This document shows positions 45,920 to 55,525 of a stretch of 64,000 nucleotides of DNA, piece after piece; the first letter of the stretch is position 1; the number at the start of each line of letters is the position of its first letter. The stretch spans positions 1 to 64,000 of the forward strand of contig OZ255726.1 of assembly GCA_965277405.1 (NCBI GenBank), in the 5' to 3' direction. The notes under the pieces were generated by a model that saw nothing but the letters and a program-made list of their open reading frames with translations, did no database searches and had not been told where the DNA came from. The translations under genes and the position numbers were made by a program. Origin of the DNA: Gammaproteobacteria bacterium. GTDB taxonomy: Bacteria; Pseudomonadota; Gammaproteobacteria; G965277405.

Positions 45920-46062
45920 ATATTAAATTGAATGTTATGAAATTGGTAGCGCGGCTAGCAGCAACTATACCCTACATTCCTGTTCTGCGCCTAACTCTAG
46001 CAAAAACTCTACCCACTACCGAAAAACTGGGAGAATGATACCATAGTGTCAGCCTTCACACA

Positions 46063-46278
46063 ATGCTGCTCGCGCAATTCTACCTAAAAAAAACCGCTTA
46101 CGCTACCGCAGCCATAAAAAAATACCGCGGCGACAAGTTAAACGGCAAAATCAAGATTGATATTGGCATGGAAAAGCTGGCAATGGAATTTACCCTGCGA
46201 GCATGCAGCAGTGAAGTGTACAACCAATGGTGGAGTCTGCGATACAGCCGCTGCGGGTCTGCGTTTGTGCGGCAATAA
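46063..46278 (+). pseudogene. Remnant of P2 FII-like phage major tail tube gene
   Basis: KKYRGDKLNGKIKIDIGMEKLAMEFTL resembles the FII-family pattern EEYRxGGMxGxxxIDMGMEKLExEFTL. Confidence 0.6.
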
Positions 46279-46716
46279 ACCGCTCTAGGCTGGTAAAGTC
46301 GCCGCGGCGGTTCGCGCGGTCTGATCTATCTCTGTGGCACCACCAACTGCAACCTCACCTGCTTGGATGGCTGATCAAACACATCGCAACAATCGGCACT
46401 TGCGCCGACTTCCCCGGCGATAAGATACCCAATCACCTTGTCCTTAAAGGCGCTAAAATACATTTCAGCCTCGACAATGTTCTTCTGTCTCTTAATGTTC
46501 ATCAGTCACTTGTCGTTGCAACGCTCTATCACATCGTTTCTTTCTGGCGGCCAATGCAGTGGTTTTGAATCTCTCCTTATCTATTTAACATATTTCAAGT
46601 TGAGCCAATATATTTCAGCGACCGCTAAAATGGATTAGCGTAAAATGCGATTAGCGTAAAATGCACGTAATTACTTGTAAACTAACTCGCAACAAGTGAG
46701 CGGCGCAACAAAGTAG

Positions 46717-47487
46717 CTATTGTGCCACAAATCCCCCATCAACTGGCATGTTCGCACCAGTCACAAACGACGCCCGATCGGAGCACAACCAGACAATCGT
46801 CTCTGCAATCTTCTCATGCTTATCGATACGCACGATCGGATGCAAGGGACCGAGCACCTCCTGGGAATTCAACTTACCGTCACTGACCTGATCAGCCAAA
46901 TAATCTAACATACGCGTGTCGATGCAACCGGGACAAACGGAATTTACGCGGATGCCTAATTTCGAATATTCCACCGCGGCACTTTTGGTAAGCCCGTTAA
47001 CGGCGTGCTTTGATGCAACATAGGGTGACACGTCCGCAAAACCAACTAATCCCGCGATGGAAGCCAGGTTAACGATTGCCCCGCCGCCATTTTTCAACAT
47101 CTGCTCGATTTCGGCCTGCAAGCAAAGGAAAGTGCCACGCTAATTGACGGCGATGACGCGGTCAAAATCATCAGCACTCTGCTGATGCATCGGGGTCACA
47201 TTACCTTCGATACCCGCATTATTGCATGCACAGTCCAGCCGCCCATACGTATCAACAGTCGTCGCGACCAGAGCGGCAACATCCTTGGCCTGCCTTACAT
47301 CGGCCTCAACGAAAATGGCCTTGCCGCCGATCGCCTTAATCTGCTCCACGGTTTCCTTGCCCCCCGCAACCTGCATGTCCGACACCACCACTGCTGCGCC
47401 CTCCCTTGCGAACGCGAGCGCCGTGGCTCGACCAATCCCTGCCGCCGCACCGGTAACCAAAGCAACTTTGTCTGTAACTAAGCACAT
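46717..47487 (-). pseudogene. Short-chain dehydrogenase/reductase with one in-frame TAG
   Basis: TGAAAGIG, NNAGI, YVASK; the two ORFs are in frame and separated by TAG at 47140-47142 (VN*RGTFL). Confidence 0.88.
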
Positions 47488-47585
47488 TATAATTCTCCTT
47501 TTTGTTTGTAACTAAAACCAATATAAATATATTTTTTTACGTTCTTTCTTTTCGCTACGCACAAAAATTGCAAGAACTAATGTCA

Positions 47586-47813
47586 AAACAGGATCGCATC
47601 GATCCACATCTCGCAGATTGGTTGTACGTGGTCTCCCGCCTGATCGAGCCGCGGGCAATAAGAAGTGCGATCAATTGCCATTCCCGGTCGGTTGAATCAC
47701 TTAGATAGCGCAGTTTATCCCAGTTATATTGAACCTAAGCGGTGTCATCCCACGGCATACGATCCTCCATCTTCTCGACAAAGATGGTTGCATCACCACC
47801 ATTGATATCGCTC
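47586..47813 (-). pseudogene. IS5-family (IS1031-like) transposase N-terminal remnant
   Basis: From ATG 47758: MPWDDTA*...LRYLSDSTDREWQLIA..PAARSGGRPRTTNLRDV.DAIL, with a stop and frameshifts. Confidence 0.72.
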
Positions 47814-47866
47814 TAATACTTTTAAATCCGGCTCTTAGCAAGACCACCGATTTTGAAAATTCAAAA

Positions 47867-48976
47867 TTATGAGCAGGATGGCACGTTCAAACTCGTGACC
47901 ATTTCTGTGATGAATTCAGAGTGGAAATCATCAACCCGTTGCGAGGGTTGCTGACCGTTAATGCGTGACAAAAGCGGGTCTTCTGCGTGGATCTTGGCTC
48001 CCGACATTTCTTCGAGCATCGCATGACCACAAAAAGGAACATAGAGTTCTGAGTAACCGCCTTCGTGAGCCGCCACGAGGCGTCCAGCGGTAATATCCAT
48101 AATACGTTTTGTCATTTCCTTGTAGGTGTCCGCAGAGCACATCATGCGAGACAAGGGGTCAAAACCTGATGCATCAAATCCGCAGGCGACAATGACCAGA
48201 TCGGGTGCATAGTCTTGCAACTTTGGAACAACCAGCCTTTCGATTGCCTCGATATATGTTTTGTGTCCACACCCAGGGGGCAGGGGAATGTTCATATTGG
48301 CACCAAGCCCTGCACCCTCTCCTTGGGCTTCTACAAATCCAGTATCTTGTGGATAGCAGCGGTCTTGATGGATGGAGATTGTCAGTACGTCCTCACGGTC
48401 ATAAAAAATGGCTTCAGTGCCGTTACCGTGATGCACATCCCAGTCCAGCACAGCAATGCGTTTAAACAGTCCTTTTGCCTTTGCTGTTTCAACGGCGATT
48501 GCAATATTTGCCAGCAGGCAAAACCCATTTGGCCAATCAGGAAGACAGTGATGTCCCGGTGGTCTGGACAGTGCATAGGCATTTTGAAATTTGTTTTGCA
48601 AAACCCCTTCAACAGCTGCTGTGACAAGGCCTGCTGAGAGAGCAGCTATTTCATACGCGCCTGGGCCAAAGGGTGTTCGCAATCCCAGTTCGCCGCCGCC
48701 AGCATCGGACATACGTTTGAATTCATCTAGATAGGATTGCGGGTGAACTCTGAGCAAGTCCTCATGGGATGCGGTGCTTCCTGTGATCATTTCGAGATCT
48801 TGCGACAGCCCTGTCACTGCAATTAGATTTTTCAATCTGCGCTTGGCTTCTGGAGATTCTGGAAGTCCACCAGCAACTATCGGCTGAACGAGGCCTCCTA
48901 CGGGGGAGAGAAGTGCGTAGTTTCCACCTGAATGCCAAAAACATCTTTCATCGGAGATAAATGCGGTACGTTTCAT
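47867..48976 (-). CDS. Class II histone-deacetylase-family Zn amidohydrolase (HDAH/PA3774-like)
   Basis: RPPGHH, GFC, DWDVHHGNGT, GFD, HEGGY all intact. Confidence 0.93.
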   Translation of the reverse strand: MKRTAFISDERCFWHSGGNYALLSPVGGLVQPIVAGGLPESPEAKRRLKNLIAVTGLSQDLEMITGSTASHEDLLRVHPQSYLDEFKRMSDAGGGELGLRTPFGPGAYEIAALSAGLVTAAVEGVLQNKFQNAYALSRPPGHHCLPDWPNGFCLLANIAIAVETAKAKGLFKRIAVLDWDVHHGNGTEAIFYDREDVLTISIHQDRCYPQDTGFVEAQGEGAGLGANMNIPLPPGCGHKTYIEAIERLVVPKLQDYAPDLVIVACGFDASGFDPLSRMMCSADTYKEMTKRIMDITAGRLVAAHEGGYSELYVPFCGHAMLEEMSGAKIHAEDPLLSRINGQQPSQRVDDFHSEFITEMVTSLNVPSCS

Positions 48977-48988
48977 TAATTCTGGTTT

Positions 48989-49684
48989 CTAAACTGCTAG
49001 GTATTTTTGCTTTATCGCGACGGCCTCATCGGAGAATAATTCATCTCTCTTAAACTCGTGCAGTACTTTCCCTTGTTCGAAGATGTAGTGCCGATCAGCC
49101 AGTTTTTCGCAAACACGAAGGTTTTGTTCGACTAGCAAAATCGGAACACCGCTGTCTTTGATTTGTTGGAGCGTTGAGACAATTTCTTGAACAATGGCGG
49201 GAGCAAGCCCTTCCGATGGCTCATCACAAAGGAGGATTTTGGGGTCGTTGAGGAGCGCCCTGGCAATAGCCAGCATTTGCTGCTCACCACCAGACAATTG
49301 GCCTCCGCCATTGCCCTTTCTTTCCTCGAGCCGCGGGAAGAGTTTGTAGATGTCTTTGATGGACCATCTGCTGCCGGATTTTTGGGCTAGTTTCAGGTTC
49401 TCTTCGACGCTGAGGATTTGAAAGATGTCTCTTTGTTCGGGGATAAGACAGACCCCAAGATTTGATATCTCATGCGTCGCCATTCCGATTAGGTTGTTAC
49501 CGTCAAACTCGGCTTTGCCGGTGACACACGGAACAAGTCCTACGATGGAATTCAACGTCGTTGATTTACCCGCCCCATTGCGTCCCAGTAACGTTACAAG
49601 TTCGCCTGCGCCGACATAAAGGGATACGTCGAACAGAATGTGACTTTTCCCATATAGCGCATTGATGTTCTCCAGTGTCAGCAT
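48989..49684 (-). CDS. LivF-like ABC ATP-binding protein
   Basis: GRNGAGKST, LSGGEQQMLAIARAL, DEPSEGLAP, VEQN. Confidence 0.92.
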   Translation of the reverse strand: MLTLENINALYGKSHILFDVSLYVGAGELVTLLGRNGAGKSTTLNSIVGLVPCVTGKAEFDGNNLIGMATHEISNLGVCLIPEQRDIFQILSVEENLKLAQKSGSRWSIKDIYKLFPRLEERKGNGGGQLSGGEQQMLAIARALLNDPKILLCDEPSEGLAPAIVQEIVSTLQQIKDSGVPILLVEQNLRVCEKLADRHYIFEQGKVLHEFKRDELFSDEAVAIKQKYLAV

Positions 49685-49685
49685 G

Positions 49686-50441
49686 CTAAATATCCTTTCC
49701 GAGATAAGCTGTTTTTACTTTCTCGTCGTCGGACACCTCTTTGGGTGTGCCTGCTGAGATAACTTCACCACCTTGTAGAACGGTCACGTAGTCGCAAACT
49801 TCGGATACCAGTCCAACATTGTGCTCGATGAGGATGATGGTGCATTCCTCTCTGAGAGCTTTCAGCAATCTGACCATTTGTGGAATATCGTCGATGCCCA
49901 TTCCTGACGTCGGCTCATCCAAAAGCAGAACCTTTGGTTTCGCCATGAGCGCCATTCCAACTTCCAAGAGCCTTTGATGTCCATGAGATAAGGCCACAAC
50001 TAGCGTTTCACTTTCTGAAGTCAGACCAATTCGCTCAAGCGCATGGTCGATTTCTTTTGCGATGGGTCCTTTGTCTTGAACACCTCTCCAAAACACGAAC
50101 CCTTGTGATGGTTTCATGGCTTGAGACGCGAGGCGAAGATTTTCAAAAACACTTAAGTCTTCAAAGAGACTTGTGACTTGAAAAGAACGACCGAGACCTG
50201 CAAGCGATCTTGCATGCTGAGCCAATTTGGTAATGTCGTTGCCGTCGAGGATTATGGAGCCGGTCGTTGTTGTAACCGTGCCAGCCAGGCAGTTGAACAA
50301 TGTCGTCTTCCCAGCTCCGTTTGGTCCGATGATGCCGTAGATCGTTCCCTCAGCAACATCAATACTGATGTCGGTGTTTGCCAGGAAATCTCCATATCGT
50401 TTTGTTAGCGCTTTGGTCTGAAGAATAAGATTGTTAGTCAT
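49686..50441 (-). CDS. LivG-like ABC ATP-binding protein
   Basis: GPNGAGKTT, RSFQ, LSHG, LLDEPTSG, AYLG. Confidence 0.92.
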   Translation of the reverse strand: MTNNLILQTKALTKRYGDFLANTDISIDVAEGTIYGIIGPNGAGKTTLFNCLAGTVTTTTGSIILDGNDITKLAQHARSLAGLGRSFQVTSLFEDLSVFENLRLASQAMKPSQGFVFWRGVQDKGPIAKEIDHALERIGLTSESETLVVALSHGHQRLLEVGMALMAKPKVLLLDEPTSGMGIDDIPQMVRLLKALREECTIILIEHNVGLVSEVCDYVTVLQGGEVISAGTPKEVSDDEKVKTAYLGKDI

Positions 50442-51412
50442 TATTCTCCCTTGCTGTTATTCGAAGATTGGAAGCGGGAAAACAGTGTTTCGAGCGCTTT
50501 TGACAATCCGCCAGGAAGGTAGAGCATGACCATAATCAGCAGGAGACCTAAGAGGATCATCCACCGGGGCCAGAGTTCGGAGAAAAAGTCAGATGCAAGC
50601 AAGAAGATTGCGGAACCCAATATCGAGCCGTAGAGCGACCCGAGTCCGCCCAGCACAGTCATGAACATAATCTGTTCGCTTGTCTCGATGTCGATATTAG
50701 ACAGAGGTGCAAATTTCAGCATGAGAGCGTAGAGCGCTCCGGCAAGCGCCGTTACGGCACCAGAGAATGCAAAGACAACAATCTTGTAGAGTTTGACTTG
50801 GTAACCGATAGCCTCTGCGCGCGCTTCGTTTTGTTTGATCGCAACCATGACGGAACCAAATGGCGAGTCCACAAGGCGTTGCATTATGACAAAGATCAGA
50901 ACGAACATAGTTGCTGTGAGACCATAAAATGAGAGATCGCTTGTGAACTCAAAATCAGTGGCGAATGGAATTGAAAGCGCAGGTCTCTGAATTCCTAAAA
51001 GTCCATCTTCGCCGCCTGTAACTCGTTCGGTTAGGAAGGCGATGTAGTAGCCCAATTGTGCGAAGGCCAAAGTTAACATCACAAAATAAATGCCGGTTCT
51101 GCGGATGGCAAAGTAACCCACAAATGCTGCAATGAGCGCTCCTGCGACCATGGTCACTATGAAAGTTGGAACAAGCCCAATGTTAAGGTGGATTGACATT
51201 ATACCTGCGAAATAGGCACCAGACCCAAAGAACAATGCCTGACCAAATGAGAGAAGTCCTGTGTAGCCCAACAGAAGATTGCAGCCGATAACAGCAAGCC
51301 CGAATATCAGGATTTCAGAGGCCAGAACGTAAGAAGGCACGACCAGAGGAAGGATAACTACGATGAGAATTACGGCGACCAGATGGTAGCTAAGCGGTAG
51401 ATTGTTTTTCAT
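50441..51412 (-). CDS. LivM-like ABC permease
   Basis: LLGYTGLLSFGQ, YFVMLTLAF, TGGEDG, VLGGLGS. Confidence 0.9.
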   Translation of the reverse strand: MKNNLPLSYHLVAVILIVVILPLVVPSYVLASEILIFGLAVIGCNLLLGYTGLLSFGQALFFGSGAYFAGIMSIHLNIGLVPTFIVTMVAGALIAAFVGYFAIRRTGIYFVMLTLAFAQLGYYIAFLTERVTGGEDGLLGIQRPALSIPFATDFEFTSDLSFYGLTATMFVLIFVIMQRLVDSPFGSVMVAIKQNEARAEAIGYQVKLYKIVVFAFSGAVTALAGALYALMLKFAPLSNIDIETSEQIMFMTVLGGLGSLYGSILGSAIFLLASDFFSELWPRWMILLGLLLIMVMLYLPGGLSKALETLFSRFQSSNNSKGE

Positions 51413-51414
51413 AA

Positions 51415-52296
51415 TTATGCCTTCCCGAACAGGCCGTTAGGGCGCATAAGGATGATGATAGCCATGACGGAATAGATCATGACGTTGGTGCCTTCGGACC
51501 ATAAGATGGCAGAAAAACTTTGAACGAGACCAACGATTAGTCCGCCGATCAGGGCACCTGTGAAACTGCCCATTCCCCCGATAACGACAACGACGAATGC
51601 GATGCTGAGAACTTCATTTCCGGAGAACGCATCAGCACCACGGATGGGCGTTATAAGCGCACCTGCAATACCTGCAAGCGCTACACCAAACACAAATGTG
51701 AATGCAAAAAGCTTGTCTGTGTCTATACCGAGCAGGGAAACCATTTTTGGGTTTTCGCTACCAGCTCTAACGGTAATTCCAAAGCGCGTACGCTCGAGCA
51801 GATACCAAACGGCAAATCCTATGGCGGCTGTGATTGCAACGATGAAGAGGCGGTATTTTGGATAGGTAAAATCGCCAAAGAACACGACGCCTTGCAGCAG
51901 AGATGGTGTTGATACGGGTTTTGGAACTGTGCCCCAGACGATCAAGATGCCTTCGCGGATGATCAGCATAACGCCAATCGTGACCAGAATTTGGACAGCA
52001 TGTTCTAATTTGTAGAGTCTACGAACGAGGAGTTTTTCCAGCAGATAGGCGAAAGCACCAATTGCGAGTGGCGTGAGCACAAGACCGATCCAATAGGAGT
52101 CAGTCCAAGTTATGATTTGGTAGCAAAAAAACGCGCCAACGGCATAGAAAATGCCATGTGCGAAGTTCACAAAATTCATCATGCCAAAGATGATGGTTAA
52201 ACCAACGCCCATCAGGAAGTAGATCATCCCGAGGCCGACGCCATTTAGAAGTTGAAATAGATATAAACTCACGAGTTGTCCCCTAAATCCATCCAT
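51415..52296 (-). CDS. LivH-like ABC permease (start may be GTG ~52272)
   Basis: GLTIIFGMMNFVNFAHG, FVVVVIGGMGS, RPNGLFG. Confidence 0.9.
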   Translation of the reverse strand: MDGFRGQLVSLYLFQLLNGVGLGMIYFLMGVGLTIIFGMMNFVNFAHGIFYAVGAFFCYQIITWTDSYWIGLVLTPLAIGAFAYLLEKLLVRRLYKLEHAVQILVTIGVMLIIREGILIVWGTVPKPVSTPSLLQGVVFFGDFTYPKYRLFIVAITAAIGFAVWYLLERTRFGITVRAGSENPKMVSLLGIDTDKLFAFTFVFGVALAGIAGALITPIRGADAFSGNEVLSIAFVVVVIGGMGSFTGALIGGLIVGLVQSFSAILWSEGTNVMIYSVMAIIILMRPNGLFGKA

Positions 52297-52386
52297 AGCA
52301 TTGAGTGCATGCTAACAGCGCTTAGGACCTAATCGCAGCTATCTTTCGCCATGTATGGATGCTCTGTCTTAAAGTAGTCGCAAAGC

Positions 52387-52415
52387 GCCTCACCAACTGG
52401 CTACAGTTGGGAGGC
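52387..52415 (-). terminator. Hairpin after substrate-binding protein gene (partial terminator or mRNA stabiliser)
   Basis: GCCTC-A-CCAACTG-gcta-CAGTTGG-GAGGC. Confidence 0.5.
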
Positions 52416-52440
52416 ACCATACGTTCGTATTAAAGCCGTC

Positions 52441-53646
52441 TTAGCGGACACAGCCAGCATCGGCTGCTGAAAGGAAGTATTTTCCTTTGGAGACAACGTC
52501 AGCGAAATCATTCTCGTCTGTCATATCGGCTTTGCCTTTGCCTAGCAGAAGATAGAAGTTCTTTTCGACTTGGTTGTTCTCACCGTTGATAACCTCATCT
52601 CCGGTCACGCCATCATATTTCAGGTCTGCAAGATGAGCTTTGATCTTTTCGGGGTCTGACCCACCAGTTGCATTAACTGCATCGATCATAAGTTTTGTCA
52701 TTTGGTAGTAAGAGGCCATTGGATAGTTTGGTGCCTCACCGAGCACCTTCTCGGACAGCTCAACAAGCTCCTTGTTGCCTATGGCTTCTTCTTCGTGCCA
52801 GTATTGGGAACCAAAATAGATACCTTCTGACACTTCACTGCCCAGACCCTTCATTGTGTCGAGTCCACTGCTCCAAACATTCAAGATCTTCATGCGATCT
52901 TTCAGCCCGAAATTAATCGCTTGCTGGATAGATGCAGATGCTTGTGACCCGAAGTTCAAAAGCAATAGCAGATCCGGTTTTGCAGCCTGAGCTTGAGCAA
53001 TAATGCTGGAGAACTCTTTGTCTTTCAGGGAGTGGTAGCTGTTGCCAACAAACTCGATGCCGCGCTCTTCCAACACTGCTTTGGCATTGGTGAGCATGGC
53101 TTCACCGAACACATACTGAGGCGTGACGGTGTAGACTTTTTTAATGTTTGGATTTGCATCCAAAACAGGGCGAAGGCTTGCATTCACAGCACCATAAGTT
53201 GGCGCGCTCCAGCGATACATGGAAGCATTACATTTGGTTCCGGTAATCTCGTCTGCACCACTACCATTGATGTAGACGCCGCCTGCATCATGCACGGCTT
53301 GTCCAACAGCTAGAGCCGTTGAAGACAAGGTTGACCCAACGAAAATGCTTGGCCCGTTTTCGCTCAATATCGCCTGCACTTTGCGTGCGGCTTTACCGGC
53401 GTTACTTTCGGTATCCACAGTTACAAATTTTAGCTTCATGCCAGCTGCTTCACCTGCACTTTCAATTGCAAGACGCACGCCCTTTTCGGCTTGTTTCCCG
53501 TAGTTGGCAAAAGCACCAGAGATACTGGCGACATTGTAAATGGTAAGTTCTTTGTCTTCTGCGCATGCCGCTGATGTTGACACTGCCATAGCCGCGACAC
53601 AGCTTGTTGCAACACAGCTTGTAAGTAGTAGTTTTTTGATTTTCAT
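52441..53646 (-). CDS. LivJ/K-like periplasmic substrate-binding protein
   Basis: Signal peptide, SGAFANYG, type I periplasmic binding pattern; first gene of the ABC operon. Confidence 0.88.
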   Translation of the reverse strand: MKIKKLLLTSCVATSCVAAMAVSTSAACAEDKELTIYNVASISGAFANYGKQAEKGVRLAIESAGEAAGMKLKFVTVDTESNAGKAARKVQAILSENGPSIFVGSTLSSTALAVGQAVHDAGGVYINGSGADEITGTKCNASMYRWSAPTYGAVNASLRPVLDANPNIKKVYTVTPQYVFGEAMLTNAKAVLEERGIEFVGNSYHSLKDKEFSSIIAQAQAAKPDLLLLLNFGSQASASIQQAINFGLKDRMKILNVWSSGLDTMKGLGSEVSEGIYFGSQYWHEEEAIGNKELVELSEKVLGEAPNYPMASYYQMTKLMIDAVNATGGSDPEKIKAHLADLKYDGVTGDEVINGENNQVEKNFYLLLGKGKADMTDENDFADVVSKGKYFLSAADAGCVR

Positions 53647-53720
53647 CTCAGATTCCTCTCCTAGTTTGAATGCTTAGAGCCCGATTTAAAAGTTAATTCG
53701 AGGTAACAGTAGGTTGCTAA

Positions 53721-54004
53721 GGAAGCTCTGATTAAGTCCATGATGGGCGAGACGGAGAAAAAACGCTGATGATAACTAGACGCAGTGCGCAGATAATACT
53801 GGTGGTATTATTAAGTGCTGCAACGACGTTAGCGCAGCGTTTTTTCCCGTCCTTCTGTTGAATATACAACGGTTTGATGGTAGCGGTACTTGCTGTGTTG
53901 CATCCCTTGGCGTATATGCTACAGCATGCGCCTGCGGAATGCGCCTTGCAATCATCAGCAATTGCCATCAAACTCGCTCCATCAGCGACTTAATCAGAGG
54001 TTCC
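53721..54004 (+). mobile_element. IS5-derived MITE (284 bp)
   Basis: TIRs GGAAGCTCTGATTAAG / CTTAATCAGAGGTTCC with CTAA on both sides. Confidence 0.94.
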
Positions 54005-54102
54005 CTAAGGAATCTCTGATTAAGTCCCAAACAACAGCAATATCAGCTACAAAGATATACAATGGTGAATCTATTTGAATATTTGAATAAGCGGATAATC
54101 TT

Positions 54103-55050
54103 ATGAAACAAACAACTTTTGCCAGTGCTGCATACGACCACAAGAAAGTAACAACAAAACGTGAAAAATTCTTGCAGTTAATGGACAAATTAGCTCCATG
54201 GCAACAGTTGTTAGAGTTAATAGAACCGCATTATCCCAAGAAAGGGAATGGCCGCCCACCGATTAATATGCAGACCATGTTACGCATTTATTTTTTACAG
54301 CAATGGTACAACTTATCAGACCCAGGGGTAGAAGAAGCACTATATGACATGGAAAGCATGCGGCGTTTTGCCCATATAGAGCTGATAGACGATGCCATCC
54401 CTGATGAAACCACCATCTTGAACTTCCGCAGGATCATAGAAAAACATCAACTCAGCGTCAAGATACTTGCTGTCGTGAATGAGTATTGTATGGAAAATAA
54501 TATAATAATCTCACAAGGGACAATGGTTGATGCCACGACCATCAATGCGCCATCATCTACGAAGAATAAAGAGAAAAAACGGGATCCTGAAATGCATCAA
54601 ACCCGCAAAGGCAATCAGTGGTATTTTGGCATGAAGATTCATATAGGAACTGACGCTAATAGTAATATGATTCATAGCGCGACAGTTACAGCCGCGAATG
54701 AAGCTGACATCAATGAACTCCCCAAATTGCTGCGTGAAACAGATAAGGTTATCTTTGCCGATGCAGGATATACGAGCGACAGTTATAAACGCGGCTCGCG
54801 TCACCTTGGGATAGATTGGCGCGTGAATGATAAACGTAAACCAAAGCAGCAAATGAGCACCTCGCAGCGCAAACGCAATAGACAGAACTCTAAGGTGCGC
54901 GCCCGGATTGAGCACTGTTTTCGGGTAATCAAATGTCAGTTTGGTTATAAGAAAGCTCGCTACAAAGGACTAGAAAAGAATCGAGTACAAGTATTTTCTT
55001 TGCTTGCATTGACGAACTTATACATGCTGCGAGGACGACTAACAGGATAG
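54103..55050 (+). CDS. IS5 DDE transposase
   Basis: MLRIYFLQQWYNLSD, PDETTILNFR, VDAT, RDPEMHQT.KGNQWYFGMK.H, ADAGY, RARIEH.F. Confidence 0.95.
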   Translation: MKQTTFASAAYDHKKVTTKREKFLQLMDKLAPWQQLLELIEPHYPKKGNGRPPINMQTMLRIYFLQQWYNLSDPGVEEALYDMESMRRFAHIELIDDAIPDETTILNFRRIIEKHQLSVKILAVVNEYCMENNIIISQGTMVDATTINAPSSTKNKEKKRDPEMHQTRKGNQWYFGMKIHIGTDANSNMIHSATVTAANEADINELPKLLRETDKVIFADAGYTSDSYKRGSRHLGIDWRVNDKRKPKQQMSTSQRKRNRQNSKVRARIEHCFRVIKCQFGYKKARYKGLEKNRVQVFSLLALTNLYMLRGRLTG

Positions 55051-55068
55051 AACCGCCCAAAATTCAAG

Positions 55069-55123
55069 AAAAACAGTAAAAAACAATAAAAACAGTAAAA
55101 AACAGTAAAAAACAGTAAAACAG
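55069..55123 (+). repeat. A-rich 9-10-bp microsatellite inside the IS5 3' region
   Basis: About six copies of A(4-6)CAGT or variants. Confidence 0.75.
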
Positions 55124-55525
55124 CAACACGAAGATCAGCGAAATGATCAAATATTGACCATTGAAAATTATTGCTATTATTTTTTTGGAGTATATGCGAG
55201 TTATTGGAGTATATGAGCGTCTTAATCAGAGCTTCCCTAAGCGTCTGACCAATAGCCCTTTGGCAAATAACGTAACCTCCTCCCCTCTTCATTCTGCCAC
55301 CACTTTTGATTTTTACGAGTGTTTTGCTCGAAAGATCTGCAAGGCCCAGCTCTTCGAGTGGAGCATTTTTTCTTGGGACCATGCCGCAACAAAAAACACA
55401 CCGACTGATTGTTGCAGTAAGGCGTTCAAGACAAAGCTTGTCGGGTTAATTCCGCTAGCGTGTCCTAGTCACCCTAATCTAAAATTCGCCACATAAATAA
55501 GACCATTGCATTAACATATGTTAAT

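Larger units (their letters stand above)
54009..55236 (+). mobile_element. Intact IS5-family (IS5 subgroup) element, 1228 bp
   Basis: TIRs GGAATCTCTGATTAAG / CTTAATCAGAGCTTCC, CTAA duplication, full transposase ORF. Confidence 0.95.

Noticed and set aside
53721-54008. MITE plus TSD equals 288 bp, suggesting in-frame insertion like Rickettsia palindromic elements
   Set aside because: Stops occur in all frames near both ends, and no copy lies in frame within a gene.
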